A stretch of 64,000 nt of DNA from positions 6,178 through 70,177 of the forward strand of contig JAHJQX010000014.1 of the NCBI GenBank assembly GCA_018818965.1, in the 5' to 3' direction. A model generated the notes under the pieces. It had not been told where the DNA came from. It saw only the letters and a program-made list of their open reading frames with translations, and made no database searches. A program made the position numbers and the translations under genes. Numbering within the stretch: the first letter of the stretch is position 1; each line of letters begins with the position of its first letter. This document shows, piece by piece, positions 48,811 to 58,033 of the stretch. Source of the stretch: Patescibacteria group bacterium. Lineage in GTDB: Bacteria; Patescibacteriota; JABMPQ01.

Positions 48811-50546
48811 AGTTTTACTTATTGCCAATCATAATTATAGCCGGCATTTTTTTGTGTCTGGCTCCGAGTGCACAAGCCGAAACCAATGCTCCGGGCACGG
48901 CTGGCTATGAACTCTATACGGAAAAGATTCAAAATTTTGATGTACATATCGCCGTTAATGAAGATTCTTCTATTAATGTTACGGAAAAAATTGTCTATGA
49001 TTTTGCTGAACTACAGCGGCATGGTATTTATCGCGATATTCCTTATAAATATAAAGCGCGTGGGGGACGGTTTTCGGTTAAATTAAGTGATTTTAAGGTG
49101 GTAGACGAAAAAGATGATGGTTATGCCTACACTGTTTCCAAGCAAGACGATAAAAAACGAATAAAAATTGGCGATGCCGATCGCTATGTGTCAGGGGTGC
49201 ATGCCTATCTTATTTCCTACAAAGTTCAACGAGCGCTTAATTATTTTGGCGAACATGATGAGCTCTATTGGAACGCAACTGGCTTGGAATGGCAAGTGCC
49301 GATTAATTGGTCAGGAGCAACGATAAAGTTACCCCAGGAGATTACCCCAGATAAATTACAGACAGCTTGTTATACTGGAGTTTATGGTAGTACAACCAGT
49401 GCGTGTCAGATAGAAGTAAAAGAGAATGGCGAAGTTACTTTTATTACTGATGGACAATTACGTGCCTATGAGGGTCTGACGATCGTAGTTGGTTGGCCTA
49501 AGGGGGTTGTTAGCCAGCCGGCGCTACTGCAGCGAACGATCTGGTTTCTACAAGATAATTATTATTTCTTTTTGCCGTTTATTGTCTTTGCCTTTTCTTT
49601 TGCTTACTGGTGGATACGCGGACGTGATCCCAAGATGCAGGGAGCAGTCGTGGCCGAATATGAAGCGCCAGATGGCTTATCGCCAGCGGAAATCGGTACA
49701 ATTGTTGATGGCAAAGTGGACAATAAAGATATTACAGCCGAGCTAATTGACTTAGCTATCAAAGGATATCTGAAGATCAAACAAACTGGCCTGGGTAAAA
49801 AAGATTATCGGTTGATTAAATTAAAAGAGCCTGACAGTTTGTCGAGTGACTATGATAAGAAATTAATGGAAGGCTTGTTTGGTAGTGGAAATGAAATAGA
49901 GATGAAGACGCTGGTAAACAGTTTTTACAAGGATATGAAGATAATTAGCAATCAGATTTATACGGCTGTTACTAGCCAGGGATATTATGCCAAAAATCCT
50001 GTCCGAGCTAAGTTTGGTTGTTTATTTATTGTGGGTATCATTGCCCTTTTTGGTTCGTTCTGGTTGGGTGGCATCATGACTAATTTCTTTTTTGGGGCTT
50101 CAGTCTTTATCTCTGGTCTGATTATGATGATTTTTTCAATGTTTATGCCCAAGCGTACTTCTAAGGGGACAGAAACGCTACGTCGGATTCTGGGATTTAA
50201 GGAATTTTTGAATGTAACTGAAAAAGAGCGACTGAAATTCCACAATCCGCCCAAGATGGTGCCCAAGATGTTTGAAAAATTATTACCCTACGCGATGGCC
50301 TTGGGCGTAGAAGGAAAATGGGCGAAGAACTTCGAGAATATTTATAAACAACAACCGGATTGGTACGAAGGTTATCAGGGAGGAAGTTTCAATTCAATTT
50401 ATTTGACCAGCGCGCTGTCGACTTTTTCCACTAACTCAGCCAGCGTCATGGTTTCTCAGCCTTCGAGTAGTGCGTCTGGTGGTTCCGGATTTTCCGGTGG
50501 CGGCTCGGGCGGAGGAGGCGGTGGCGGAGGAGGCGGGAGCTGGTAG
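48807..50546 (+). CDS. DUF2207 membrane protein
   Basis: Signal peptide, 'HGIYRDIP', 'ELYWN', 'LPYAMALG', Gly-rich tail ending GGSW. Confidence 0.9.
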   Translation: MKFYLLPIIIIAGIFLCLAPSAQAETNAPGTAGYELYTEKIQNFDVHIAVNEDSSINVTEKIVYDFAELQRHGIYRDIPYKYKARGGRFSVKLSDFKVVDEKDDGYAYTVSKQDDKKRIKIGDADRYVSGVHAYLISYKVQRALNYFGEHDELYWNATGLEWQVPINWSGATIKLPQEITPDKLQTACYTGVYGSTTSACQIEVKENGEVTFITDGQLRAYEGLTIVVGWPKGVVSQPALLQRTIWFLQDNYYFFLPFIVFAFSFAYWWIRGRDPKMQGAVVAEYEAPDGLSPAEIGTIVDGKVDNKDITAELIDLAIKGYLKIKQTGLGKKDYRLIKLKEPDSLSSDYDKKLMEGLFGSGNEIEMKTLVNSFYKDMKIISNQIYTAVTSQGYYAKNPVRAKFGCLFIVGIIALFGSFWLGGIMTNFFFGASVFISGLIMMIFSMFMPKRTSKGTETLRRILGFKEFLNVTEKERLKFHNPPKMVPKMFEKLLPYAMALGVEGKWAKNFENIYKQQPDWYEGYQGGSFNSIYLTSALSTFSTNSASVMVSQPSSSASGGSGFSGGGSGGGGGGGGGGSW

Positions 50547-50697
50547 AGATTGCTCTGATTAAAAACAGCAGAACGAAACTCTACTATTTTTAATAAACAA
50601 TTATAACTTTACCTTATGCCTGGGCCTTCACTCCCCTTATCATCGAATAATCTATGTTCTATATCATAACTGACAAGAAGTAATAATATTATTTCGA

Positions 50698-52557
50698 ATG
50701 TCTATGTTGAGTACCAGCCGATATTTATTGCGTAGATTGCTTGTGGTAGCAATATTTTTCTCAGGCTGTTTTTTGATAAGCAACCAAGTCCAGGCCGTCT
50801 CCCTCATCACTGGCGCTGGTTCGGGTGGTGGTCCCCACGTGCGTAGTTTTACTACTAGCGGGACAGTGGAGACCAACCCTAACAAACTAATGGCCTACGG
50901 CACTGATTATCGTGGAGGCGTTAGAGTAGCTACTGGTGACATCGATAATGATAATATCGATGAGATAATCACCGGTACTGGTGAAAATGGTGGTCCTCAC
51001 CTGCGAGTATTCGAAAAAGACGGTACCCAGCGAGGGATAGACTTCTTCCCCTTTGATTCTAGCTTTAGAGGCGGTATGGATGTCGCCTCCGGTGACTTTG
51101 ACGGCGATGGCAAAGAAGACATCGCTGTCTCTCAGTTCTCCAACGGTCAAGCCTGGGTTAAGGTTTATCGCTACAATACAACCAAAGACGTCCTCTTTGA
51201 ACAGAACGTCTTCGGTACCCCTGAATGTGGCGCTACCGTAGCGATGGGTCAACTAGACTCTGATGCTAACAAGGAGCTGATTGTCGGAGCAGGCAATGGC
51301 TGTTCGTCTCAGATAGTAGCCTATGACTATCAAGCCAATGACACTGCTGGTACTAAAAAATCTATCTCCTTCTATGCTTATGACACCGCTATCAAAGCAG
51401 GCGTTGATGTTTCCGCTGGTGATGTTGATGGTGACGGCAAGGATGAGATAGCCGCCTCCCGCCTCAAAGATTCTCTTCCCTATATCTACGTTTTTCGTTA
51501 CAACACTGATCATACCCAACTAGCCAGCTTCAAAGCTTACGGTGACTTCCAAATAGGCGCCAATGTCGAGATGGCCGATATTGACTCTGATGGACTAGCG
51601 GAAGTTGTCACTGGGGCTGGACCAGGAGGAGGACCGCAACTGCGAGCCTTTGAATACGATGGTACGGCCATTAGCGCTCTCAACAAAGCTTTTGCTTACG
51701 ATTCAGGCTTTAGAGGTGGAGTGGATGTGGCTGCTTACAATCCTAACGGCAGTCGACGAGATTTGAGCGACCTAGCTACCTATGCTAATGCCTACAAGGA
51801 ATATACCAATGAAGACTTAGAAAATCTTAAACGTTTTGATATCGTGGCCATCGATCCTTACGATGTACCTGATGCTAGTTTCGTCACAGAACTGAAAGCA
51901 GCCGGCGTGATTGTTTTGGCATATATTGATATTGGTGAAGCGGAGATTTATCGCAGTTATTGGGATAGTCTCGATCAGTCATTAGTTTTGCAGGCTAATC
52001 CCGATTGGGAAGGCTGTTATTACGCTGATGTTAACAATCCCGCCTGGCATAATGTTTTGCTCAATACCGAAATTCCCTATTTATTTGAGTGGGGTGACTA
52101 CGATGGTCTAATGATGGATATGTTAGACACAGTTGATGTTCTGCCAGAACTCAAGCCGGGGATGATCGAGCTCGTACGGAAAATTCATGAGAGATATCCG
52201 GATTTGTTGCTGGTTCCTAACCGAGGCTTTTCTGTTTTACCGGAAATTTCTTCGCACATTGACGCGGTCAAATATGAAGGAATGTGCGCAACTTATGATT
52301 TTGACACCCAATCTTACTATTACGAAGATGATGATAATGAGATGGCGATTTTAACATCAGTTTTAGAGGATCACAATGTGCCAGTGTTGGCCTTAGATCA
52401 TGTAGATACTTCTACGGCAGCAGGCGAGGTAATGGCACGGGCATGCTACGATAAAGCTCGACAGAGGGAGCAAGAAACTGGTTTTAACTTTATCTGGTAT
52501 GCTAATGCCGTTACCCAAGATTTGCCAGTATGGGATTGGTTACCGTTTAGTGAATAG
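50698..52557 (+). CDS. Secreted FG-GAP repeat protein fused to GH114-like (endo-alpha-1,4-galactosaminidase) domain
   Basis: Repeats 'GDxDGDGKxxI..GAGxGGGP'; C-terminal 'VLAYIDIGEAEIYRSYW', 'YDGLMMDMLD', 'PNRGF'. Confidence 0.8.
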   Translation: MSMLSTSRYLLRRLLVVAIFFSGCFLISNQVQAVSLITGAGSGGGPHVRSFTTSGTVETNPNKLMAYGTDYRGGVRVATGDIDNDNIDEIITGTGENGGPHLRVFEKDGTQRGIDFFPFDSSFRGGMDVASGDFDGDGKEDIAVSQFSNGQAWVKVYRYNTTKDVLFEQNVFGTPECGATVAMGQLDSDANKELIVGAGNGCSSQIVAYDYQANDTAGTKKSISFYAYDTAIKAGVDVSAGDVDGDGKDEIAASRLKDSLPYIYVFRYNTDHTQLASFKAYGDFQIGANVEMADIDSDGLAEVVTGAGPGGGPQLRAFEYDGTAISALNKAFAYDSGFRGGVDVAAYNPNGSRRDLSDLATYANAYKEYTNEDLENLKRFDIVAIDPYDVPDASFVTELKAAGVIVLAYIDIGEAEIYRSYWDSLDQSLVLQANPDWEGCYYADVNNPAWHNVLLNTEIPYLFEWGDYDGLMMDMLDTVDVLPELKPGMIELVRKIHERYPDLLLVPNRGFSVLPEISSHIDAVKYEGMCATYDFDTQSYYYEDDDNEMAILTSVLEDHNVPVLALDHVDTSTAAGEVMARACYDKARQREQETGFNFIWYANAVTQDLPVWDWLPFSE

Positions 52558-52596
52558 ATATGGTGTTTTTTATAAGTAGGGCAGTTTTCTCGACGA

Positions 52597-53706
52597 TTAA
52601 TCTCGCAGATTCTGCTCAAAAAATGGCACCACTTTGCCCAAAACATGCTCGCCAAATTCAAATCCGTCGCCATGGCCAGCCCCCGGTATTTTCGTAAATT
52701 CCGCCTTCACTCCGGCTGTATTAAGAGCTTGGTATAAAATATCACTTTGGCTAATTGGTACTATGCTATCCTGGTCGCCGTGCATTATTAAGAAAGGAGG
52801 ATCATTGTTGTCGACATATTTAATAGGATTCGCTTTTTGCATTAAATCAGCAGCATCTGTTTCACCGACTAGCGCTTCCACAGAGTTCGCATAGTTTTCA
52901 TACTGGGAGTAGTCTACCTGGGAAAAATCGGTTGGCCCGTACCAGTCGCAAACAGCTTGCACCTGGCTGGAATAATTAAGATTATCACCTTGTTCAAACT
53001 CCGCCACTCCGCCGGAAGTGCCCAAGAGAGCGGCCAAATGTCCTCCCGCCGAATCTCCCCAAGCCCCAAAATTATTTTTATCCAAGCCATACTTATCGGC
53101 ATAAACCCTCAACCAACGCACAGCTGCCTTAACATCTTGAATCTGAGCGGGAAATGTTGCTTCATCGCTCAATCGGTAATTAATAGAGGCCACCGCGAAT
53201 CCATAAGAGGCTATTTCTTTACCCTGCCCATTTGCCTTATCACCCGCTTGCCAGCCACCACCGTGAATCCAGATAACTAGAGGTAGTTTCTGAGAAATAT
53301 CAACTGGTCGGTATAGATCCAAATATATTTTTTTACCATTCACGGTAGTGTAATACAGATCTAAATTCTTTCTTACCTCACCCTCCAGAATTCCTTGATC
53401 AAGATTGGAAGTATCCACAGCGGTAGTATCTTGCGTGGAAGTGTTGTTGGTATTTGAAGAGTTTGTATCGGAATAACTCGTAGTGTTAGTGGAGGTATCA
53501 GTGGCAATATTAGAATCGCTGGTGTTTAATATAGCAGACTGATCAGCCTGCTTGTTGTTTTGCTCCGCCGGTTGGTCGGTAGTTGTCGCCTGCGTAGATT
53601 TTTGATCTTGATTATTGTTTTGCCAAAAGAAATAGACACCAGCCCCAGCTCCCAGCAGTGCTACTGGGATAATAATTAATATAGTGGCGATATATTTTTT
53701 AGTCAT
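52597..53706 (-). CDS. Membrane-anchored alpha/beta hydrolase (HSL/BD-FAE-type esterase)
   Basis: N-terminal TM plus S/T/N linker; 'HGGGW', 'GDSAGGHL', 'HGDQD', 'GAGHG'. Confidence 0.9.
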   Translation of the reverse strand: MTKKYIATILIIIPVALLGAGAGVYFFWQNNNQDQKSTQATTTDQPAEQNNKQADQSAILNTSDSNIATDTSTNTTSYSDTNSSNTNNTSTQDTTAVDTSNLDQGILEGEVRKNLDLYYTTVNGKKIYLDLYRPVDISQKLPLVIWIHGGGWQAGDKANGQGKEIASYGFAVASINYRLSDEATFPAQIQDVKAAVRWLRVYADKYGLDKNNFGAWGDSAGGHLAALLGTSGGVAEFEQGDNLNYSSQVQAVCDWYGPTDFSQVDYSQYENYANSVEALVGETDAADLMQKANPIKYVDNNDPPFLIMHGDQDSIVPISQSDILYQALNTAGVKAEFTKIPGAGHGDGFEFGEHVLGKVVPFFEQNLRD

Positions 53707-53708
53707 TT

Positions 53709-54395
53709 CTAGACCTTTAATTTGAAAGGATTAAATTTTGTTTTGTGGTCGTAAAAATCCTCTTCTTCTTTGTGTTTAAGTAGAGCTATAATTTTATAAG
53801 TGAGTGGTGTAAACAATATTTCCATTCCCACCTTGAAGATGTAGTTGGAAATGATAATGGTCAATAGTAAGCTACTGGGCAACACTCCCCAGAAAGCGAT
53901 CAGGACAAAAATGACGGTATCAAGACTTTGACCAACGAGAGTAGAACTGATAGTTCGTACCCAGAGCCGCTTACCCTGCATTTTTACCTTTAGCTTAGCC
54001 AAAATGACGGCGTTAGAAAATTCACCTGCCAAATAGGCAATCAGGCTAGCAATGACTATTCTGACGCTAAGGCCGAGGATATTGTTGTAGGCTTCTTGGA
54101 AAGGCCAATCAGCGGCAGCTGGGAGTTTACCGACAATAATGAAAACGAGTGACATAACTAGGGCGGATATAAAACCCAGCCAGATTACTTTCCGCGAGCG
54201 ACGGAAACCATAGACCTCAGTTAAAATATCACCAAAAATGTAGGCAAGCGGAAAGAGCAAAGTACCAGCGTCAAAAGTGAAGAGCTTGAGATCAACAATT
54301 TTAGTGGAAGCGATATTGGAAATTAACAAAACCGCGACAAAAAAAGCGGTGATGGTATCGAGGTGGTGGTAAGATTTTTGGGTGTTTTCTCTCAT
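53709..54395 (-). CDS. yhhQ: Queuosine precursor transporter (YhhQ/Vut_1)
   Basis: 'ISNIASTK', 'FPLAYIFGDILTEVYG', 'ASLIAYLAG', 'STLVGQSLDT'. Confidence 0.92.
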   Translation of the reverse strand: MRENTQKSYHHLDTITAFFVAVLLISNIASTKIVDLKLFTFDAGTLLFPLAYIFGDILTEVYGFRRSRKVIWLGFISALVMSLVFIIVGKLPAAADWPFQEAYNNILGLSVRIVIASLIAYLAGEFSNAVILAKLKVKMQGKRLWVRTISSTLVGQSLDTVIFVLIAFWGVLPSSLLLTIIISNYIFKVGMEILFTPLTYKIIALLKHKEEEDFYDHKTKFNPFKLKV

Positions 54396-54655
54396 AGCTA
54401 ATGTTGTTACGGGATAATGATATTTTATCTAACTTTTTAAAACAAGGGGATACAAGAAAAAATTATAAATCCGAGTGGGGCAGTGAGGACAGTTGAGGTT
54501 GACTTTGTGTCTATTTTTGGTACCTTAGGGAATATGTTTTCGACAACCTGCACTTTAACCATTTAGCCAACCCGAGGGGGTTGAAAGGAGGAAAATTTAC
54601 CGAAGAGTGTTGTAAAGGGACAGATCGACAATGAGGAAGAGACAAGGAGACGAGG

Positions 54656-55453
54656 ATGAAGAGGGACGAGCGATTCAAGGCCCGGACAGATGCCGGAGTC
54701 ATCACGTTCTACGAAGACTTGAGGATGCTGGGAGCACTGCTCATCTATGGCGGACTCGACCGCGGGTTCGTGCTCAAGGTGGTTATGTTCCTGCTCACCG
54801 AGTTTCGCATCACCTTCGGCGAGCTGGCAGAGGTGTCAGAGGAGTTCCGGATCGGCGAGGACGAGGAACCGGAGTCTGCCAGGGAGACCGCCGAGGTCAG
54901 GACGGTGCACATGGGTGACACCGCGCCCTACCCGCCCGCCGGCGTCGAAGCTGCTGCTGAGGGTGATGCGGACGGTGGGCCGATCGCGAAGGTTCCCACC
55001 CAGCCGCTTCCCGACGAGCTGGACGGCGCCGGTGAGCAGGACACGCCCCCGGCCGGCATGAAACAGTGCGTGCACTGCCACGAGTACAAGATCCCGGCCG
55101 ACAAGTCGACCGTCGTCTGCTCGGGCTGCGAGGAGAAGCTGAAGGCGGAGTTCGACGGTGACGACGACGAGGACGAGGACAACGAGCCTGAAGTCGGAGA
55201 CGCCCCCCCGGAGGCCATCGTGACGTCCCCGCCCCCCGCCGAGGCCGCGACCGAGCTGGGCGCCGAGGATGATGACGACGACGAGGAGGGCTCTCCCGTC
55301 GCTACCCCGCCCGCCGAGCTCGAGCCCGCCGTGACCGACGAGGACGCCGGCCTGGAGCCCCCCGAGGAGATCGTGGTCGCGGACGCCGACGAGCCCGAGG
55401 GCACCTACGACCCGGTTGCCCAGAAGGGTCCCGGTGGCGGAACCGGCTGCTAG
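54656..55453 (+). CDS. Very GC-rich acidic, Pro-rich ORFan with central CxxC-x12-CxxC Zn finger
   Basis: SD AAGGAG; 'CVHC...CSGC'; D/E/P-rich low-complexity flanks; terminator at 55513-55549. Confidence 0.75.
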   Translation: MKRDERFKARTDAGVITFYEDLRMLGALLIYGGLDRGFVLKVVMFLLTEFRITFGELAEVSEEFRIGEDEEPESARETAEVRTVHMGDTAPYPPAGVEAAAEGDADGGPIAKVPTQPLPDELDGAGEQDTPPAGMKQCVHCHEYKIPADKSTVVCSGCEEKLKAEFDGDDDEDEDNEPEVGDAPPEAIVTSPPPAEAATELGAEDDDDDEEGSPVATPPAELEPAVTDEDAGLEPPEEIVVADADEPEGTYDPVAQKGPGGGTGC

Positions 55454-55692
55454 CAGTCGCAACCTACCCCCCGAGCCATTTCTGGCTCACCGAACATCCC
55501 CAGGAGTGAACCATCCCTGAATCCCACCGATTCTCAGGGATTTTTTTTTGCTGCGCTTTCTTTCTCCATTACTAGCGAGCAGATGAAACATTTAGCCAAT
55601 AAAGAAATCCAGTTGCCACTAATAATTGGATCTTGAATGATGAACCAGAAACTGCTATTTTTAAGGTATTCACTAGGCTATAGGAGATAACG

Positions 55693-55911
55693 ATGACTGG
55701 TCCGAACGGACCTGGGCCTCTACCCTCCAACTCTGGTAGGGAGCCGTCTGAGGGCAGAGAGACGATTGTGGAGTACACTCCTCTGACCCCAACCGGTCTC
55801 CCCCCCAGATGTGAAGGGGTGGACTGCGAGGCGTTCAGCATTCCCTGCCGTACCTCCCCTCCTCGAGAACCGACTTCTCCTCCCACGACCAAAAAAATCG
55901 ACCCAAAGTAG
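55693..55911 (+). CDS. 72-aa Pro-rich hypothetical protein (GC-elevated)
   Basis: SD AGGAG 7 nt before ATG; TAG stop; no recognisable family. Confidence 0.45.
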   Translation: MTGPNGPGPLPSNSGREPSEGRETIVEYTPLTPTGLPPRCEGVDCEAFSIPCRTSPPREPTSPPTTKKIDPK

Positions 55912-55989
55912 GTCGAAAATGAGAATCCCTGCCCCTTTTTGCCCTTCGCCATGGCCAGCAACTACTGCTCGGCCACTTTTTTACCATCT

Positions 55990-57261
55990 TTACCAGCGAT
56001 AATTTCTAAGCCCCCAATTAAGCAGTGATTCGACTTCAAATTTAGTGTCGGCATAAGAGGGATTACCCATTGTTACCGCGATTACCTCGTTGCCGTAGCG
56101 ATCTTTGGCTTTGGTCATTAAATTATAGTGGATTCCACCCCAGGAAGGTGGTAGATAACCAGTTTTCCCGCCGGTAACGGTGAGTTGGCTATTAACCAAA
56201 CCATTAGTATTACGAAAACTGAGAAATTTACTGCTGTTAGTAGTCCAGAAAGAGTAACTTTTACTAGTGGAGGCTTGTAGCACCTCCATTTTGTGCAGAG
56301 CGTATTGACTGAGTTTGGCATAATCAGTTGCGGAAGCACGATTGCGGTGATCAAGGCCAGTCGGTTCAACAAACGAAGCGTTACTCATTCCTAATTCGAC
56401 TGCTTTTTGGTTCATGCGGTTGACGAAATCAGTGTCGGAAAGACCAGTGGAATGAGCGAGAGCTTTGGTGGCGTTGTTTTTCGAGCCAACTAGGGAGGAA
56501 TAAAATAAGTCACGTACTTTTGTTCTATCTCCTGGTACGACGTTAAGGTGGCAACCGTCAGCGGAGTCAGCTGCACTGATTGTTACTTCGCGATTAAAAT
56601 CAGGATTGGTTTCCAGAAAGATCACGGCGGTCATTAATTTAGTCAGGCTAGCTAGAGGGAGTTGCTCGTTGGAATTTTTCTCGAACAGCACTTGCCCGCT
56701 TTCATCGTCAATCACAATCGCCGCGCGTGCGTCGGTGGCGATGCCCCAGCTATCAGTAGCTTTGGTTGGACCCGGAGCTTGCTTTTCCTCTAAAACCGCT
56801 AGATAAGAATGGGGAAAGTGAATAGCGGCACGCGCGTACTTATTAGTCCCGTCTAAACTAGTCGGGATTGGTTTCCAACCACCAGTGGTGTGATCATAAA
56901 AATTAATCTGCTTGTGATTGAGCGAGCTCGATTCGTATTTGAGAGCAACCCAGATCGGTTTTTCCAGCACCCGCGGCTGCGACATCTCGATGTTGTACGA
57001 ATAGATCTCACTGATTATGTTTTTATCAGTTGGCAGAGTAGGGTAGTCAGTCAGATCTTCAAGCTTGATAGTCGAAGCTTCGGAAAAAACATTAGGGCCG
57101 ATACCGATCCGGAAGTTTTGGTCAGTTAGTTCGATCGTGTAACCTCTCACAATGGTAGCAGCATCGAGATGGGTGCGTTCAACTTGGGCAAAAACTACGC
57201 CAGGTAGAAAAAGAGATATCCCGGCGGCGGTTAGCAATATTTTCTTCAGTGTTTTCATCAT
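55990..57261 (-). CDS. Peptidase S11 D-Ala-D-Ala carboxy/endopeptidase with extra N-terminal domain
   Basis: SxxK 'ASLTK', SxN 'SKN', 'EPTGL', 'GGKTG'; signal peptide. Confidence 0.9.
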   Translation of the reverse strand: MMKTLKKILLTAAGISLFLPGVVFAQVERTHLDAATIVRGYTIELTDQNFRIGIGPNVFSEASTIKLEDLTDYPTLPTDKNIISEIYSYNIEMSQPRVLEKPIWVALKYESSSLNHKQINFYDHTTGGWKPIPTSLDGTNKYARAAIHFPHSYLAVLEEKQAPGPTKATDSWGIATDARAAIVIDDESGQVLFEKNSNEQLPLASLTKLMTAVIFLETNPDFNREVTISAADSADGCHLNVVPGDRTKVRDLFYSSLVGSKNNATKALAHSTGLSDTDFVNRMNQKAVELGMSNASFVEPTGLDHRNRASATDYAKLSQYALHKMEVLQASTSKSYSFWTTNSSKFLSFRNTNGLVNSQLTVTGGKTGYLPPSWGGIHYNLMTKAKDRYGNEVIAVTMGNPSYADTKFEVESLLNWGLRNYRW

Positions 57262-57956
57262 TTAAGATTATAGGTGGCTAATATTTTGGTTTTATCCGGA
57301 TGGCAAACAGCGTTGGTAGTGATTAGGTTAATTTTTCTAACTTCTAATTCTCCCCAGTCAGCCGTTTTTAATTCAGCAATGTTGGTCTTAAAATTGTCGT
57401 TAGGTTCGGTAGTGTAGCGACAGACAGTTAAATTACCAAAGACAATATCAGGTGAAATATACTGTTTATTATCCGGGACGCCTGCCTCGGCCAACCTTTT
57501 CCTGAGTTCTAGCGCCAAATTTCCCAATATTTTATCGGAATAGGCGCGGATAGCTATACTAGTAGGCATCTCCAAGAGACCTCTTAGCTCAAAAGTGAAA
57601 GGACGGAATTCAACTACTACCTGCTGAAAAACCTTTTTAACTTTTACAATGTCTCCGGCGGTAAATCGGGGCGGAAAGTTAGCTGGGACTGTCCTAATAC
57701 TCTGGATGGTGATATGCAATGAAGCCGGCGGGTAATAATATTGTCGGCTATCAGCTTGTTTTAGTGGAGCGATAATTTTGTCAGTAACAATTTTTTGCAA
57801 TTCTGGCGGGAGGAAAACTACGCTGGTGAGACAAAGCCGTTGGTCAGTAGCATAATTGTCCATCGTTTCGACTAGAGTAACGGTAGTTTTACCAGCTCGC
57901 ACTTCTTTTTCCAGTTGCTCAAAGACTTGATGCTGTTGTTTTTGGTAGTTGTTCAT
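57258..57956 (-). CDS. 2H-phosphoesterase-like protein
   Basis: First motif 'LHITI'; second motif degenerate ('GNLTV'). Confidence 0.6.
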   Translation of the reverse strand: MNNYQKQQHQVFEQLEKEVRAGKTTVTLVETMDNYATDQRLCLTSVVFLPPELQKIVTDKIIAPLKQADSRQYYYPPASLHITIQSIRTVPANFPPRFTAGDIVKVKKVFQQVVVEFRPFTFELRGLLEMPTSIAIRAYSDKILGNLALELRKRLAEAGVPDNKQYISPDIVFGNLTVCRYTTEPNDNFKTNIAELKTADWGELEVRKINLITTNAVCHPDKTKILATYNLK

Positions 57957-58033
57957 AATAAAGCCATCTTAGCATAAAATCAGGCTTCTAATAATAAAAA
58001 AAGATCGTCTGGGATGCAACGATCTTGAAGTTA

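Noticed and set aside
54396-54470. preQ1 riboswitch upstream of yhhQ
   Set aside because: Leader is only about 20 nt after the apparent -10 box and lacks the stem plus A-rich tail
54584-54659. Leader peptide after AAAGGAGG ending in an ATGA overlap with the acidic ORFan
   Set aside because: The open frame would need a TTA start; no canonical start codon
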